A stretch of 63,056 nt of DNA, the filler included, from Psammoneis japonica (Eukaryota): assembly GCA_008632985.1 (NCBI GenBank). It is 4 parts of 4 records of this genome, joined end to end, with 100 filler letters (N's around TTAATTAATTAA, not from the genome) between each part and the next. Parts side by side here need not be neighbours in the genome. Positions count along the whole stretch, not along the records: positions 59,340 to 63,056 come from QPGO01000392.1; 3 more parts are not named here. One strand, written 5' to 3'. A program made the position numbers and the translations under genes. The notes beneath the pieces are model-generated. The model was not told the origin of the DNA. It ran no database searches and saw only the letters and a list, made by a program, of their open reading frames with translations. Below, in pieces: positions 60,382 through 63,056 of this stretch (within the stretch, counting starts at the first letter, position 1; every line of letters starts with the position of its first letter).

Positions 60382-63022
60382 CTAATTGTCATTTACCGTG
60401 AATGCGTACGCGGATCCGGAATCGTCGCCATTGACGTCAGCCCACCACGCACCAACTCCAACGACGCTTCCGTCGGCCGACAAGGAAACGGAATTTCCAA
60501 AACGATCTTCCTCAGCCTCGCCATTTAAAGGATTGCCAACTTGCTTCCATTCGTCTGCATTGCTGTCGTGCAGAAAGATTTGAACTTGACCCGCATTGAT
60601 CAATCCATTGACGTCATGCCGAATGCTTCCAACAGCCAAGACATTTCCATTGCCACTCAATGACACTGAGTAACCAAAATCATCACCAGGCTGTTGTGTC
60701 AAGAGAGTTTGGCCATGTTGACTCCACGTCAAAGTCGAGCGGTCGTATGAATAAACCAAAGCTCTCTCGTTGCTCCAAGGTGCACCCGCGGCCATGATCA
60801 AACCGCTGTCGTCAAGAGAAACCGAAAATCCAAACCAACCATTAACGACTTGGCCATTGATTGGATTGCCCAACGGATCCCATTTTGACGAGGAAGAATT
60901 GTATTCAAACACCGACACTTGACCCGCATCGTCTCCACCTGAATCATTTTCATCTGCTCCAACGCCGACAATGGTTCCCTGTGCATTCAAGGAAACGGAA
61001 CGTCCAAAACGATCATCAGCAGCTTGGCCAATGAGTGTTTGACCGAGTTGGTTCCAGGATGAGGAGCCGCGGTTGTATTGAAACAATCGAACCGATCCGG
61101 AACCAGAGCCATTGTCCGTGTCATCCCAAACAGCTCCCACGGCAAGAATGTCTCCCGCATCCGAAAGCGACACGGAAAAACCAAATAAATCACCAGCGTC
61201 TTGTCCAAGAATGTCGCTGCCGAGTTGGACCCAACGATCCGATGCCGAGTTGTGTTCAAACACCCGAACGTGACCGGCATTCAATCCGCCACTGTCATTC
61301 CATGAAGCTCCAACCGCAAGAATCGTGCCGTCGCCATTTAACGAAACAGAATTGCCAAAATCGTCATGATCGGCTTGTCCAATCAATTCTTGGCCAATTT
61401 GTTCCCATTGTTGGGTACTTGGATTGTACCGTTGCACAACAACATAGCCGGGATTGGAGGAAAAATCATCCCATTGATTCGCTCCGACAGCCATGACGCT
61501 GCCATCACGAGACAAGGACACGGATTTGCCAAAACGATCATCTTCAGCCTTGCCGTGCAAGACTTGTCCGACGGGATCCCATGGGCCATTTGGCGGCAAA
61601 CTACTGCTGCCACCACCACTGGTGGGATTGGGTGTTGTTGGAGCTGGTGATGGAGTGGGGCGTGGAGTTGGATTGAGAGTTGGACGAGGCGTTGGATTGA
61701 GTGTAGGACGAGGTGTTGGATTGAGAGTTGGACGAGGAGTAGGGTTTGTCGTCGGCAACGATGTTGGATTGAGAGTCGTTGGACCCGGAGTCGACGGTGG
61801 CGACGCGGGATCTTGTGTTGGTAGTTCCGTAATTGGAATGCTATTTGTAGGTGACGGTGTCGGAGCAGCTGTGCTGGTTGAAACTTCACTAGTGCCAATC
61901 AAATTGTCAAAAATGTTGCTTCCAGCACTGGTGCCGCCCGCCCTGGAGGTCTTTTTGGTAGGCCGATCGACTATCAGACGTCTTGAATGGTTCGGTCACC
62001 ATGGCATCCATGGAAATGTTTTCGTTGCTGCTGTCTTCAAAAGTATACGTGATAGCTTGGTTGTATGTGACTCGAAGGGATGGTTCTCCACCATTGCCAT
62101 CTTCAACCACAATGGTGTTAGTAACATCCAAAGACGTCTCGACATTCTGTATATTCGATACTTGTAAGTTACGAATCTGGAGATAGCCAAGGCCACGACG
62201 ACGACGACGAGTGTTGTAATAATCCTCGACGAATGCTTTGGTTGCCGTAGCCCACAACTCGGAATCATTTTCATCAANACTCGGTATCAATACCAATCAA
62301 ACTCATGACCAAACCGGTGGCTCGTTCGGTAGTCTCTGTGGCGGGTGCAACAGTAGGGGAAACAGTAGGGGGAAAGTGGGCTCCCTCCACCACCTGTGTC
62401 CCACGGCTTTACTGCAACAACAATACTGACAATCGCTGCAATCGCCAACAATACAACGCCCGAATAATGAATCGTTTGCGAAGGTACTTGCGATGAAGCT
62501 CATCTTCAGCATTCTCATCCTCGTCACTAATTCGCGTTGTGTCATTTGCTTTCTCATTCTGTCCGCCACCACCACCATCAGAAGTAGCAGGAACCGCCTC
62601 TACGACTTTGCTGGATCCATCTCCATCACTTTGTTGGAATCTGAAGTAACTGTGACGCGGTCATCTCTGTCCGGTTCTTCGGGTTGTGCAGCTTGGTCTC
62701 CAGACGTCACTGTGAAAGCATCTGGCGCGACATACGCGGCAGCCGATAGCGCAAGGCTTGCTGTGGCTGTGCTGTTGACGGACCTCTCCCGACTGGTGCG
62801 GCTATGATATTCGCTTGTATTTTGCGTCTCGTCCTTAACGCCCCGTTCTCTTTCAGCACTGTCATTGTGACCACTTGAAGCAATTGCTGATGATCCAGTT
62901 TGCGCTGGTTGTCCTTTTTCTTTCGAGCTGCCGGAACGAGTTGGACGCTTTTCCTGCGAGACGATGCACTTTGCTCTTTTGAACTCGGAGATCAGGACGC
63001 TTTTTTCTGCGAGACGATGCAC
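60382..63022 (-). CDS. Type II membrane protein: cytosolic N-terminus, TM helix, Pro/Thr stalk, C-terminal FG-GAP-like beta-propeller (5' part frameshifted)
   Basis: Seven 'D.FG.SVSL..DG..LAVGA' repeats and PTLNPTPR repeats in ORF 60382..61902. Upstream frames join through single-base shifts (~61942, n at 62278, ~62380, ~62460). TM segment 'GVVLLAIAAIVSIVVAVKPW' near 62400-62460. Confidence 0.8.
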
Positions 63023-63056
63023 TTTGCTCTTTTTGAACTCGGAGATCAGCAGTCGA

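Noticed and set aside
61900..62620. Programmed frameshifting or pseudogenisation of the FG-GAP gene
   Set aside because: The shifts fall in short homopolymers and at an ambiguous base near the contig end, so sequencing error is more likely. Needs read-level checking.

Overview
Eukaryotic genomic DNA, most likely from a diatom (inferred from CoDi-like Ty1/copia elements, a ~100-nt GT-AG intron and diatom-style FG-GAP and DUF4116 genes). The window holds four contigs joined by artificial N-TTAATTAATTAA-N linkers (23991-24090, 48051-48150, 59240-59339), so adjacency across those points is unproven. The DNA falls into two compartments. (1) Ordinary gene DNA (~13.9-16.2 kb, 48.2-54.2 kb, 59.3-63 kb) carries an enolase-phosphatase fragment, a DUF4116 gene, a pyruvate formate-lyase/activating-enzyme fusion next to a formate/nitrite channel, and an FG-GAP propeller membrane protein. 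(2) Repeat and pseudogene DNA (most of 1-13.5, 16.3-48 and 54.2-59.2 kb) is almost devoid of the dinucleotide TpA. In compartment 2, conserved Tyr codons appear as Cys or His, LTR pairs differ at TA/TG and TA/CA sites, and a telomere-like array consists of TTGGGG and TCAGGG units with no TTAGGG. This points to a repeat-targeted TpA->TpG/CpA (A:T->G:C) hypermutation acting on both strands, the mirror image of fungal RIP, on top of normal CpG decay. It is the main candidate for an undescribed system. The mechanism cannot be seen in this window. Most of the ORF track in compartment 2 is spurious, because TAA and TAG stops have been erased.
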